From contig DATGJK010000304.1 in NCBI GenBank assembly GCA_035295245.1, positions 1 through 46,890 of the forward strand: a stretch of 46,890 nucleotides of DNA, given 5' to 3'. The first letter of the stretch is position 1; every line of letters starts with the position of its first letter. A model generated the notes under the pieces. The model was given only the letters and a program-made list of their open reading frames with translations. It was not told the DNA's origin and did no database searches. The DNA comes from Acidobacteriaceae bacterium (lineage in GTDB: Bacteria; Acidobacteriota; Terriglobia; Terriglobales; Acidobacteriaceae). Below are positions 36,024 to 44,772 of the stretch, piece after piece. The translations under genes were made by a program, and so were the position numbers.

Positions 36024-37178
36024 CTAGACGACTTCAGCGGCAGGCCGCCGCATGCGGAATGAAACCGGGACGCGCAGCTTCTTCACCTCCAGCGCTCCGC
36101 TGCGCACCAGCGATGCCAGCGCTTCCACAACCGCGCCGTCGAAGCGAGTGCCGGAAAGCCGCTGCATCACTTCCAGCACATAGTCGGGATTCATCGCCGC
36201 CTGATAGGGCCGCGGCGTGGTCATGGCGTCAAACGAATCGGCGACCGCGATAATGCGCGCCATCAGCGGGATCTGCTCGCCCTTCAGGCCGTACGGATAT
36301 CCCAAACCGTCGAGCGACTCGTGATGCAGCTCGATGCCCGGGATCAGATCGTGAAGCGTTTCGATGGGACGCAGAATGGCCGCACCTTTCACGGTGTGCG
36401 CCTTGACGATCTCGAACTCCTCCGGCGCGAGCGGAGCGTCCTTCATCACGAGGTAGTCTTCGATGCCCAGCGTGCCAATGTCGTGCAGTAAAGCGGAGAG
36501 CCTGACGTCCTCGACTTTCTCCTCTTCGAGGCCCAGCTTGCGCGCGATGGCAGCCGAGTAGCGCGCGACGCGCTCCGAGTGGCCGCGCAGATACGTCGCA
36601 CGCTCGTCGACGGCCTTTGCCATCATGCGGATCAGCTCCGCCAGGGTCTCGTGGGCGCGGCGAGCCTCTTCATGCTTGGCCTGCCATCCGTCCTGCAGCG
36701 TCTTGACGGCGTTCTGCCACGTGAGAATCATCTCGGCGTAGAGCTTGTCCGAGGTTTGGCGAGCCATTTCCTGCCCGCGGATAGGCGACCCCGACTCAAT
36801 CACGCTGACGAGTTCCGTGAGCCGCTTCTCAAAACGCCGGCTCCAAAGGGACGAAGCTAAGATGGCGAGCGCAAGCCCGGCCGCGCCTCCCGAGATGCCC
36901 AGCAGCAGCGGCGACGTGGTAACTTGCCGAACCAGCAGCGTCGCAGCAAGCGTCACCGCCACAACGGCCACAAGCACCAGCATGAAACGCAAAAAAACGC
37001 GCTGACGCAGCCTGGGTATTACGGGCGGCGGTGACTGCCGTGCGACGGGGCGCGGAGAATCCAGCATTGCGTCCGTTTCTCCCTGGGCGTACGGAGGCCG
37101 CGGAGCCTTTCTTAGCCAGTTTACGAACTTCCTGGTCCCACTCGCCTCCCACGAAAGTGTTACAAGGCGATGACACAC
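36024..37178 (-). CDS. Membrane-anchored HD-GYP domain protein (c-di-GMP phosphodiesterase family)
   Basis: Two N-terminal TM helices. HD in LSALLHDIGTLGI. HHESLDGLGYPYGL contains the GYP motif. The start may be the internal MLDSPRPV at 37067. Confidence 0.85.
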   Translation of the reverse strand: MCHRLVTLSWEASGTRKFVNWLRKAPRPPYAQGETDAMLDSPRPVARQSPPPVIPRLRQRVFLRFMLVLVAVVAVTLAATLLVRQVTTSPLLLGISGGAAGLALAILASSLWSRRFEKRLTELVSVIESGSPIRGQEMARQTSDKLYAEMILTWQNAVKTLQDGWQAKHEEARRAHETLAELIRMMAKAVDERATYLRGHSERVARYSAAIARKLGLEEEKVEDVRLSALLHDIGTLGIEDYLVMKDAPLAPEEFEIVKAHTVKGAAILRPIETLHDLIPGIELHHESLDGLGYPYGLKGEQIPLMARIIAVADSFDAMTTPRPYQAAMNPDYVLEVMQRLSGTRFDGAVVEALASLVRSGALEVKKLRVPVSFRMRRPAAEVV

Positions 37179-37294
37179 GCCCGCATGCCACGGAATACAG
37201 GCGACTTAGGATATTGCACCAGGAAGTGGGTTTTGCCTAAACTACCCCTCCCCCGGCGGAAAGTCCAGCGCAAATTCACGCACCGCGCCAGGGT

Positions 37295-38302
37295 CTACTC
37301 ATCCCGTCCGGGGCGCATCATCAGTTCTTCGATGGCCTGCTGCGGCGCTTTCCCGTGTATCAGGATCGCCTCCATTTGCTCGGCAATGGGCATCTCCACG
37401 CCATGTCGGCGCGCCAGACCCAGCGCGGCGGACGTGGTTCGAACGCCTTCCGCCACGTGGCCTCCAAGACCTTCCAGGATCTCCGGCAGGCTGCGCCCCC
37501 GGCCCAGTTCCATTCCTACGGTTCGGTTGCGCGAAAGCGAGCCGGTGCATGTCAGCACCAGGTCACCCATGCCCGCCAGGCCGGCCAACGTTGCCCTTTG
37601 ACCGCCGCACGCGATAGCCAGCCGCGTCATTTCCGCAATGCCCCGTGTGATCAGCGCCGCGGAGCTGTTGTATCCCAGCCCAAGTCCCGAAACAATTCCG
37701 GCGGCAATCGCAATGACATTTTTCAACGACCCACCGAGTTCCACTCCGACCACATCGTCATTCGTGTAGAGGCGAAGGGTTCGGCTGGAGAACTCCCGCT
37801 GGATGCGCGATGCGAGTTCCGCATCCGTCGAGGCAATGGTGATCGCCGTCGGCGCGCCCGCTGCGACTTCCTGCGCAAACGATGGACCGCTCATCACCGC
37901 GCAGGAAAGCTGCAGCCCACGCTCCTGAAGCACACTTCCGATCACCTCGGTCATGCGCAGGTAAGTAACGTCCTCGATGCCTTTCGTCGCGCTCACCAGC
38001 AACTGCCCCGCATGAAGATGAGGCGCAAAGGCCTTGAACGAAGACCGAGTAAATTCCGATGGAGTGACGCTGACCACGATCTCCGCTCCGTGGAGCGCTT
38101 CGCCGGCTTCGGCCGTCACCGTAATCGCTTCATCCAGCCGAAACCCTGGGAGGAATGCGGTGTTCTCGCGCTGCCGGCGCATGATCTCAGCAACATCCTT
38201 CTCATACGACCAGAGGCAAATCTCATGTCCTCCGCGACGCGCCAGGCTGATGGCGATCGCGGTGCCCCAGGCCCCGCTCCCCATGACGGCGATGCGGCTC
38301 AT
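37295..38302 (-). CDS. gpsA: NAD(P)H-dependent glycerol-3-phosphate dehydrogenase
   Basis: IAVMGSGAWGTAIAISLA dinucleotide fold. GSLKNVIAIAAG and TCTGSLSRNRTVG family motifs. Overlaps plsY by 4 nt. Confidence 0.92.
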   Translation of the reverse strand: MSRIAVMGSGAWGTAIAISLARRGGHEICLWSYEKDVAEIMRRQRENTAFLPGFRLDEAITVTAEAGEALHGAEIVVSVTPSEFTRSSFKAFAPHLHAGQLLVSATKGIEDVTYLRMTEVIGSVLQERGLQLSCAVMSGPSFAQEVAAGAPTAITIASTDAELASRIQREFSSRTLRLYTNDDVVGVELGGSLKNVIAIAAGIVSGLGLGYNSSAALITRGIAEMTRLAIACGGQRATLAGLAGMGDLVLTCTGSLSRNRTVGMELGRGRSLPEILEGLGGHVAEGVRTTSAALGLARRHGVEMPIAEQMEAILIHGKAPQQAIEELMMRPGRDE

Positions 38303-38943
38303 GCAGCCGTCGTCCTTGTCTTACCGAAGCGGTATTCAGTGCCACTGAGAAGCCGCGCGATGTTCTGGCGGTGCCTGACGATGACGATGAACGGGATCAG
38401 GAACAGGACGGCCGTGGACCAGGCGGTGCGCGGACGCTGGTGCAGCAACAGCACGATCACCGGGAAGGCGGCAGCGGCAATGATCGATGCCAGCGAAACG
38501 TACCGGGAAAGCGCAAAGACGATGATGAAAATGCCGAGACCCGCCAGAGCGGCCCAGGGAGCCAGCGCCAGGAAAACCCCGAATGCTGTGGCAACGCCCT
38601 TGCCCCCTTTGAATCCCAGCCACACTGTGAACATGTGCCCGAGGATTGCGAACAGAGCGGCGACAGCGACCGCGTTCATGCGAACGGCAGCAGGGGTCTG
38701 CATGGCGTTCATCACCGCCCCACAGAGCATCACCGCGACGAAGCCTTTCAGCACATCCAGCAGGAACGTCGCCGCGCCCAGGCCCTTCGCGCCGGAGCGG
38801 ATTACGTTCGTCGCGCCGATGTTCCCGCTGCCCTTCTCCCGGATATCTTCCTTGCGGAAGACCCGAACCAGCACGTAGCCGAACGGAATGGAGCCGAGCA
38901 GATACGCCGCCACGGCAACCGCCAGATAGACGATGAAGGGCAT
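38299..38943 (-). CDS. plsY: Glycerol-3-phosphate acyltransferase PlsY
   Basis: GSIPFGYVL, KGSGNIGATNV, FKGGKGVAT motifs. 214 aa, polytopic. Confidence 0.92.
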   Translation of the reverse strand: MPFIVYLAVAVAAYLLGSIPFGYVLVRVFRKEDIREKGSGNIGATNVIRSGAKGLGAATFLLDVLKGFVAVMLCGAVMNAMQTPAAVRMNAVAVAALFAILGHMFTVWLGFKGGKGVATAFGVFLALAPWAALAGLGIFIIVFALSRYVSLASIIAAAAFPVIVLLLHQRPRTAWSTAVLFLIPFIVIVRHRQNIARLLSGTEYRFGKTRTTAA

Positions 38944-39008
38944 TGCGTTTACGAGTCTATCAGTTGTGCTGTTGCCGAAAATGCTGCATGAAATCGCCAG
39001 GGGCGGCT

Positions 39009-41189
39009 CTATTCGATCGGTTTCGCCTTCCCGTTTGCGAGCGAATCCTGGATCGTCTTCTGCACTTCGCGGTTCAGTTCCTGAGCCAGCCTTCCCTGCT
39101 GCTGCCCAAGCTTTCCCTGTTGCCGGCCGAGTTCGCCCTGCTGTCGCCCGAGTTCTCCCATCTGTCTTCCGAACGCGCCCATCCTCGCGCCCGCGTCACC
39201 CTCCAGCGATCCAAGCTTCCCCTGCAGCTCGGCCATTCCCGCCTGGAACTCCGCCATGCGTTCCGAGTTCCACTCCGCCTGGAACTCCGCCAGCCGTTCC
39301 TGCAGCTCTGCCATTTTTTCGGGCGTCAGCATCTTGTCCTGATCAGCCTTGAGCTTCGCCTCCAGCTCCGACCATTTCTGCGCGTCCCCGTGCGTCTGGT
39401 CATCGCGGAGTTTGGCCAGAGCCGCATTTAGATCCGCCACTTGCTTCGACAGATCCGGCATACGAATCGCACCCGCATCGCGTTGCTGCCGGCCGAGTTC
39501 TTCCTGGCGTCTGCCGAGCTCTTCCTGTTGACGGCCCAATGCCGCCTGCTGCTTGCCGAGTTCCTGCATGGGCGCATACATCTTCTGCAACGAGGAAAGG
39601 ATCTCGGGATCGGTAACGATGTAGGATTTGCCGTCGTGCCGGAACCAGAGGAAGGGGCCATTCGCGGCATGGCGAGCTTTATCCAGCTCGGCCTTCTGGT
39701 CGGCGTCCCATGTTCCGGAGAAGGTCATGTGCTCATCCTGCCCGGTCACGATCGCGTATGAATCGCCGTCCCATCCGTAGTGATACATGTATCCGTGGTG
39801 GTTATTGTTCGTCGCGCTCTGCTCCCGTGGCTCAGGCCCGTTCGGCTCTGCCGGCATGGCGGCCGACGCAGGCAGGGCCGGGGTGTCCGGGGCAGCGGGC
39901 GCGGGCGGAGTCGCAGACTGGCCCTCGGGTACTTCTGTTGTCCCCGGCTTAGCAGGCGCCGGCGGAGTCTCGGGCGCGGGCGGCGTGGACGGGCTCTGCT
40001 GCACATCGGGAGAGGGCTTCGTTGTCGTGACCTGATCTTCGGGCGGATTCGACTGCCCTGTATTCGGCTTCGGCTGTTGAGCATCGGTTTGCGGCGGCGG
40101 CGCAGGTTGCTGCGTGGATTGCGCTGCAGCCGCAGGCGCGCGCAGAACAGCGAGCGCAAGCAATAACGCGATGGGAATAACGAGCAGCGATGCGGCGGCA
40201 CGAATCTTCCCCTCGACGAACGCGCGGCGCACTTGCCGGTCGTTCAGCATCGATTCAACACGACGAGACAAATTGGCAGAACGAGCCATAGCGACTCCAG
40301 GAAGAGCTCGATGCGGCAGAGACGCAATCTCCAGCAGCGTTTCCGCATAATGGCTGCGCGTTGCCGCGGCTCGCATGCCCGCACGGTCTCCAATCGCTTC
40401 TCCCAGCAGGCACAGAACGTGGCGCAACCACCATCCCAGAGGGCTAAACCAGAAGACAGCTGTGTAAACGCCGGCCAGCAGCTGCAAATAAAAATCCATC
40501 TGGCGCACATGGGAGCGCTCATGCGCAATGACCATCCGCAGCTTTGAGCGGTCCCATTGCGCATAGTCAGCTGGAAGAACGATTCCCGATCCAACGGTAA
40601 CCGGCGCCGGAATCCTGGCACTCGCGCGGACATTCGGCTCAGGCGCGACCAGCGGAGAGACCGGTGCTGCGGTCATCCACAAGTGCATAGCCGCGAAGAG
40701 CCCAATCAAGACTCGCAGGAGCAAAGCACCGGCAACCGCCAGGTAAATCCAGAGAGCCATTGTGCGAACCGGCGGCCACTGAAAGCTGTGGCTAACCGGA
40801 GCCACGGTCACAGGATCGGTGGCTAATCCGGCGTCGACGGCCGGCAATGCGCGTCCGGATGGCGTGGGAGCCGATGCCGTCGCCTGCACATCGGCGCTGC
40901 CAGCCGAACTCTGCGCCAGGGCATGCGTGACCAGGGCTGCCGGCTGAAGCATCTGTTCGGCGGATGCTGCCATTCCGCGCATCGGCGCCGTCCACGCATT
41001 GTTCAGCCGCAAAGCGGCCGGGAGAGGGACACGCATCAAGCCCGGCATGGCAATCGCTGCCATCAGGACGAGCGTCCATGCCAGCTTGCGCGCGGGCACA
41101 TTGCGCACGCGGAAGAGCGTCAGTCCCAAGCCAACGACTGCGGCGCACAGCAGCGACCGCAAAGCGGATTCCACCAGAATGGCCGTCAT
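39009..41189 (-). CDS. BlaR1/MecR1-like M56 family membrane metalloprotease-sensor with a non-canonical C-terminal region
   Basis: HExxH in VIAHERSHVRQMDF, flanked by TM helices. After the last TM come a Pro-rich linker, a small beta-rich segment (YAIVTGQDEHMTFSG...FLWFRHDGKSYIVTDP) and about 190 aa of heptad-repeat coiled coil. Overlaps the blaI-like stop by 4 nt. Confidence 0.85.
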   Translation of the reverse strand: MTAILVESALRSLLCAAVVGLGLTLFRVRNVPARKLAWTLVLMAAIAMPGLMRVPLPAALRLNNAWTAPMRGMAASAEQMLQPAALVTHALAQSSAGSADVQATASAPTPSGRALPAVDAGLATDPVTVAPVSHSFQWPPVRTMALWIYLAVAGALLLRVLIGLFAAMHLWMTAAPVSPLVAPEPNVRASARIPAPVTVGSGIVLPADYAQWDRSKLRMVIAHERSHVRQMDFYLQLLAGVYTAVFWFSPLGWWLRHVLCLLGEAIGDRAGMRAAATRSHYAETLLEIASLPHRALPGVAMARSANLSRRVESMLNDRQVRRAFVEGKIRAAASLLVIPIALLLALAVLRAPAAAAQSTQQPAPPPQTDAQQPKPNTGQSNPPEDQVTTTKPSPDVQQSPSTPPAPETPPAPAKPGTTEVPEGQSATPPAPAAPDTPALPASAAMPAEPNGPEPREQSATNNNHHGYMYHYGWDGDSYAIVTGQDEHMTFSGTWDADQKAELDKARHAANGPFLWFRHDGKSYIVTDPEILSSLQKMYAPMQELGKQQAALGRQQEELGRRQEELGRQQRDAGAIRMPDLSKQVADLNAALAKLRDDQTHGDAQKWSELEAKLKADQDKMLTPEKMAELQERLAEFQAEWNSERMAEFQAGMAELQGKLGSLEGDAGARMGAFGRQMGELGRQQGELGRQQGKLGQQQGRLAQELNREVQKTIQDSLANGKAKPIE
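39075..39170 (-). repeat. In-frame 21-bp tandem repeats encoding (E/K)LG(R/Q)QQG heptads
   Basis: Encodes GRQMGELGRQQGELGRQQGKLGQQQGRLAQEL at the C-terminus of the M56 protein. The nucleotide periodicity is visible in the plus-strand string cctgctgctgcccaagctttccctgttgccggccgagttcgccctgctgtcgcccgagttc. Confidence 0.75.
39483..39563 (-). repeat. Second in-frame heptad/21-bp repeat block (ELGKQQAALGRQQEELGRRQEELGRQQ)
   Basis: Same ELGRQQ unit as at 39075-39170, inside the same CDS. Confidence 0.7.
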
Positions 41190-41593
41190 GCCCTGTCTCC
41201 TTCCTGTTTCTTCGCCGCAGCAATGCGGCGCGCCAGGCGCTCGAGTTCAGCCCGGCTCACGACTTTCGAATCGACCATGCCCACCAGCAGGTCTTCGACC
41301 GATCCCGCGCAGAACCAGTCCACGATGCGCTGCACGGCGCGCCCGGCCACCTTCTGCGGCGACTCCGCCGGGCGGTACACGAATGTCCGGTTGTCCAAAG
41401 CGTGCGCAAGGTAGCCCTTTTCCTCCAGCCGCCGCAGCACGGTCCGAATCGTCGAATCCTTCAGCGGCCGGCCCAGAGCTTCACGGACCTGATCGGCGGT
41501 TGCCTCGCCGAGACGCCAGACGATACCGAGAATTTCGCGTTCGAGTTCGCCAAGCTCAGCCGGATCATGTGTGGATGGAGTGCTACGCGCCAT
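41186..41593 (-). CDS. BlaI/MecI/CopY-family winged-helix transcriptional repressor
   Basis: LGELEREILGIVWRLGEATADQVREALGRPLKDSTIRTVLRRLEEKGYL is the family-typical N-terminal wHTH. ATG at 41593 (MARSTPS). The track's upstream start at 41617 is a TTG inside the operator palindrome. Confidence 0.85.
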   Translation of the reverse strand: MARSTPSTHDPAELGELEREILGIVWRLGEATADQVREALGRPLKDSTIRTVLRRLEEKGYLAHALDNRTFVYRPAESPQKVAGRAVQRIVDWFCAGSVEDLLVGMVDSKVVSRAELERLARRIAAAKKQEGDRA

Positions 41594-41594
41594 A

Positions 41595-41613
41595 GTGTTA
41601 CACACTGTAACAC
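41595..41613. promoter_or_regulatory. Candidate BlaI-family operator: perfect palindrome GTGTTACA-CAC-TGTAACAC
   Basis: 8-bp arms at 41595-41602 and 41606-41613 are exact reverse complements. They contain the TACA/TGTA dyad characteristic of BlaI/MecI/CopY boxes. The palindrome ends 1 nt from the blaI-like ATG. Confidence 0.55.
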
Positions 41614-41675
41614 ACAAGACGGGACGACACGCAAGGGGGTTAGCAGGAATTTTTTCACTGGAGAGGAAAGCCGCC

Positions 41676-42920
41676 CTACATCAGCCGCCGCCGGACCATG
41701 TCCAAACCCTGCTGGCTGGCATAGAAGCGGATCGCGTTCCGGTCGCCGGAAAACCGCTTCTCCAGCGCATCCGTACCGTCCGCGTCGGAGATCGCGAACC
41801 AAACCAGCCCGACAGGCTTGTCGTCTGTTCCGCCGGTGGGACCGGCAACGCCGGTAATGCCAAGGCCGATGGTCGATTCGCAGCGCTCGCGAATGCCTTC
41901 TGCCAGGGCAATGGCGACCTCCCGGCTCACCGCGCCGTGCGCTGCGATGAGTTTTGGATCGACTCCTGCAAGTTCCGTCTTCAGACGGTTGCTGTAGACC
42001 ACGGCCCCGCCGGTGAAGCTGCGCGAGCTGCCGCTGACGCCGGTCAGGCGTTCGGCGACCATTCCGCCGGTGCAGCTTTCCGCCGTCGCCAGCGTCGCGC
42101 CGCGCATTTCCAGGTAATAGAGAACGATCTGCTCCAGCGTCTCTCCCTGCGAGGAATAGATGTAGTCCTCGAGTTCCTCTTCAATCTTCCCAGCCAGCTC
42201 ATCCACGCGCGCCTGCGCCAGATCCGCGATGGGCTTGGAACAGTTCAGCCGCAACTCGATGTCGCCGAGGTGCGCCAGGATGGTCGTGTCCACATCTTTG
42301 TACTGGGTATAGATCGGCGCGATGCGCGAGTCGGCAAGGGATTCGCCGATCATGGCCGCCTTCAGCACGCGCGTGGCGATGTGCCGCTGCGGCAGGATCT
42401 CGCGCAATCGCGGCAGACACTCGCCCTCGAACATGCCCTTCAGCTCATGGGGAGGTCCGGGCAGCAGCATGATCAGCTTGCGATGCTTCCCGGCAACGGT
42501 GTCAATCCACTGCCCCGGCGCGCTGCCGAGCGGATTCGGCAGAACGACAGCGCCATCAATCACGTCGGCCTGTTTCTCGTTGTTGCGGGTGATTGTGATG
42601 CGGCGCGACGCGGCACGCGTATAGAGGTGCGCGATCAAATCCGGATCGCGCCGCAATCTCACGCCCAGAGCTTCCGCCACGGCTTCCCGGGTCAGATCGT
42701 CTTCGGTTGGGCCAAGCCCGCCGGAGATCACCAGGATATCCACCCGCAGGAGCGCATTGCGAACCGCGCCCACCAGATGCTTCAGCCTGTCGCCGGTGAT
42801 CGTCTTAAACGCCACGTCGACGCCGAGTTCATTCAGCTTGTCTGTGATGTAGAGGGAGTTGGTGTCCTGGCGGTAGGGAGTGAGCATTTCAGACCCAACC
42901 GCAATAATTTCGGCGTTCAT
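41676..42920 (-). CDS. cinA: CinA-family protein (competence/damage-inducible protein A; NMN amidohydrolase-type C-terminal domain)
   Basis: MNAEIIAVGSEMLTP..., ILVISGGLGPTEDDLT and the C-terminal TAESCTGG motif. ATG at 42920 with GAGGAG upstream. The track start at 43034 is an extension. Confidence 0.9.
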   Translation of the reverse strand: MNAEIIAVGSEMLTPYRQDTNSLYITDKLNELGVDVAFKTITGDRLKHLVGAVRNALLRVDILVISGGLGPTEDDLTREAVAEALGVRLRRDPDLIAHLYTRAASRRITITRNNEKQADVIDGAVVLPNPLGSAPGQWIDTVAGKHRKLIMLLPGPPHELKGMFEGECLPRLREILPQRHIATRVLKAAMIGESLADSRIAPIYTQYKDVDTTILAHLGDIELRLNCSKPIADLAQARVDELAGKIEEELEDYIYSSQGETLEQIVLYYLEMRGATLATAESCTGGMVAERLTGVSGSSRSFTGGAVVYSNRLKTELAGVDPKLIAAHGAVSREVAIALAEGIRERCESTIGLGITGVAGPTGGTDDKPVGLVWFAISDADGTDALEKRFSGDRNAIRFYASQQGLDMVRRRLM

Positions 42921-42948
42921 CGATCTCCTCGGCCTGATCTGCGAACCA

Positions 42949-44052
42949 TCAGACCAGCCGCCATCCCTCAATCCCCAGCGACACGTGATAGAGCGACGTG
43001 TTCGTCGCGATGAGCGCGCCGCCGCCGGGCACAAACGTAAAGCCTACGATTCCAGTTCCGGAAATCGCCAGCGAGGGCTCGCCCTGCGGCGGGATCACAG
43101 CCACGCCCCTGCGTCCGTGCCAGCTGGCCGCGACGTAGACTTTGCCGGAAATATCCACAGCGACCCCCTGCGGCCGTCCCAGGCCGCGGTGCAGCACGTT
43201 GATGTCGCCATCGCTGTTGATCGCATACACCGCGTCGTAGCTGGAAGTCGTGGGGCCGGTCACGTACAGGGTTCCGTCGGGCCCAAACGCCAGATGGTAG
43301 GCAGCTACGCTGGGCTCCAGAGTCGCGAAGACAAAGATCTGCCGGTCCGGCGCGATTTTGAAGATCGTGCCGCTCCGGTCGCCTACGTAAAGGTTCTGGT
43401 CCGCATCGAACGCCAGCCCCGTCGCCACTCCCATGCCCTCGGCATAAACGGCCGATGCGCCGTTCCGCGCGACTTTGTAGACCTTGCCTTCATGGCGCGA
43501 AGAAATATAAAGGTTCTCTTCGTAATCGACGGCCAGCCCCGTCGCGTTGACGATTCCCCGCACGAACGGACGCATCTCTCCGTCCCGCTCGATGCGAAAG
43601 ACCGAAACCGGCGTCTCCTGGCCGCGTTCGCCGGAAAATGTCAGATAAATGTTCCCGGAGTTATCCATCACCGGATTGGATACGACATGCGCTCCGGTCG
43701 CGATGAGGTTGGCCACGCGTACTTCAACCGCATTGCTCTGCGCGCCGTTCTGCAAAATGCGGAGCCGCCCCGTCTCCGCTTCCTCAGGAACCTTGATCGC
43801 CATGCGCGAGGCGCGGCTCAGCAGCACAGGAGCGGCCAGTTCCCCGAGCATCGCCACGGGGCGCCGCCACTCCGACCCATTCTGCCCGATCGGCACCGAT
43901 CCGAGATTCGCGCCGCGCACTTCCACTTCGCCGCCAGGCAGGGTAACGCCAGGCGACACCGCGTCGATCCTCGGAGCCGAGCTCGGTTCGGATTTGAGAA
44001 TGCGTACCATCTTCACTTCAGACCCATTTGCGTTCCACGTGCTTCTTACCAC
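42949..44052 (-). CDS. IPT/TIG domain + NHL-repeat beta-propeller protein
   Basis: PRIDAVSPGVTLPGGEVEVRGANLG (IPT-like). About 5-6 NHL-like blades (GNIYLTFSG, ATGLAVDYEENLYISS, ATGLAFDADQNLYVGD, PDGTLYVTG, PQGVAVDISGKVYVAA). The start is either GTG 44052 or ATG 44010. Confidence 0.78.
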   Translation of the reverse strand: MVRSTWNANGSEVKMVRILKSEPSSAPRIDAVSPGVTLPGGEVEVRGANLGSVPIGQNGSEWRRPVAMLGELAAPVLLSRASRMAIKVPEEAETGRLRILQNGAQSNAVEVRVANLIATGAHVVSNPVMDNSGNIYLTFSGERGQETPVSVFRIERDGEMRPFVRGIVNATGLAVDYEENLYISSRHEGKVYKVARNGASAVYAEGMGVATGLAFDADQNLYVGDRSGTIFKIAPDRQIFVFATLEPSVAAYHLAFGPDGTLYVTGPTTSSYDAVYAINSDGDINVLHRGLGRPQGVAVDISGKVYVAASWHGRRGVAVIPPQGEPSLAISGTGIVGFTFVPGGGALIATNTSLYHVSLGIEGWRLV

Positions 44053-44567
44053 CAGTGCCTCAGGACCAGCATGATCAGCGCACCATAGATGCCCGCTGCC
44101 AGGTCATCCAGCATAATCCCGGTCCCACCATGCAGTCGCTCCAGCTGTCGTGCCGGAGGCGGCTTCACGATATCGAACATACGGAACAGCGCAAATCCCA
44201 CCAGTGCGTGAGCAAGATCGAGCGGCGCCGCAGCCAGCACGACCCACTGTCCGGCAACTTCGTCGATGACCACAAATCCCGGATCTTCACGCCCGCTCTC
44301 CCGCTCGACGATGCTCGCCGCAGGAATCCCGACCAGGGTTACAACGAGCGCAGCGGCCAGGCTCCCAACCGGCAAAATCCAGCCATTAAGATGCGCCGCG
44401 CGTCCCCCCAAATACCAGATGCCCGCAGCAGCCGCCGACCCCCATGTTCCAGGCCCCGGCCGCAGCCGTCCCGCGCCGAAAAATGTCCCGATCCTCCAGG
44501 CCCAGCGCGTCCGGCGCTCAACCCCCTGCCCGACTTGCGGCACTTCCGGATGGATCTTAGTCGTCAT
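44046..44567 (-). CDS. pgpA: Phosphatidylglycerophosphatase A
   Basis: FFGAGRLRPGPGTWGSAAA, VVIDEVAGQW and FRMFDIVKPPPAR are PgpA family strings. ATG 44567 (MTTKIHPE) overlaps the yacG stop by 11 nt. Confidence 0.82.
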   Translation of the reverse strand: MTTKIHPEVPQVGQGVERRTRWAWRIGTFFGAGRLRPGPGTWGSAAAAGIWYLGGRAAHLNGWILPVGSLAAALVVTLVGIPAASIVERESGREDPGFVVIDEVAGQWVVLAAAPLDLAHALVGFALFRMFDIVKPPPARQLERLHGGTGIMLDDLAAGIYGALIMLVLRHWW

Positions 44568-44772
44568 CGTCCCTGTGCCGCGTAGCGTCCCCACCCAGCC
44601 CTTCCAGCACTTCAGGATCGAGGATGGGCGACGATATCCGATAGCCGCCGCTCGCCCACTTGCCGAGATCGATGATCCGGCAGCGATCGCTGCAGAACGG
44701 AAAATGCTCGCTGTCTGCGGTGACCAGTATCCTGCACGTCGGACAACGCAGAACTTTACCTTTTTCGCTCAT
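44557..44772 (-). CDS. yacG: DNA gyrase inhibitor YacG-like zinc-finger protein
   Basis: CPTC...FPFCSDRCRIIDLGKWASGGY is the YacG signature. ATG at 44772 forms an ATGA overlap with the rimO stop. Confidence 0.8.
   Translation of the reverse strand: MSEKGKVLRCPTCRILVTADSEHFPFCSDRCRIIDLGKWASGGYRISSPILDPEVLEGLGGDATRHRDDDD

Noticed and set aside
37355-38878. 507-aa plus-strand ORF
   Set aside because: It lies antisense to gpsA and plsY, both identified by strong family motifs.
41571-44088. 480-aa and 402-aa plus-strand ORFs
   Set aside because: They lie antisense to cinA and the NHL-repeat gene. Their translations are Arg/Ala-rich with no motifs.
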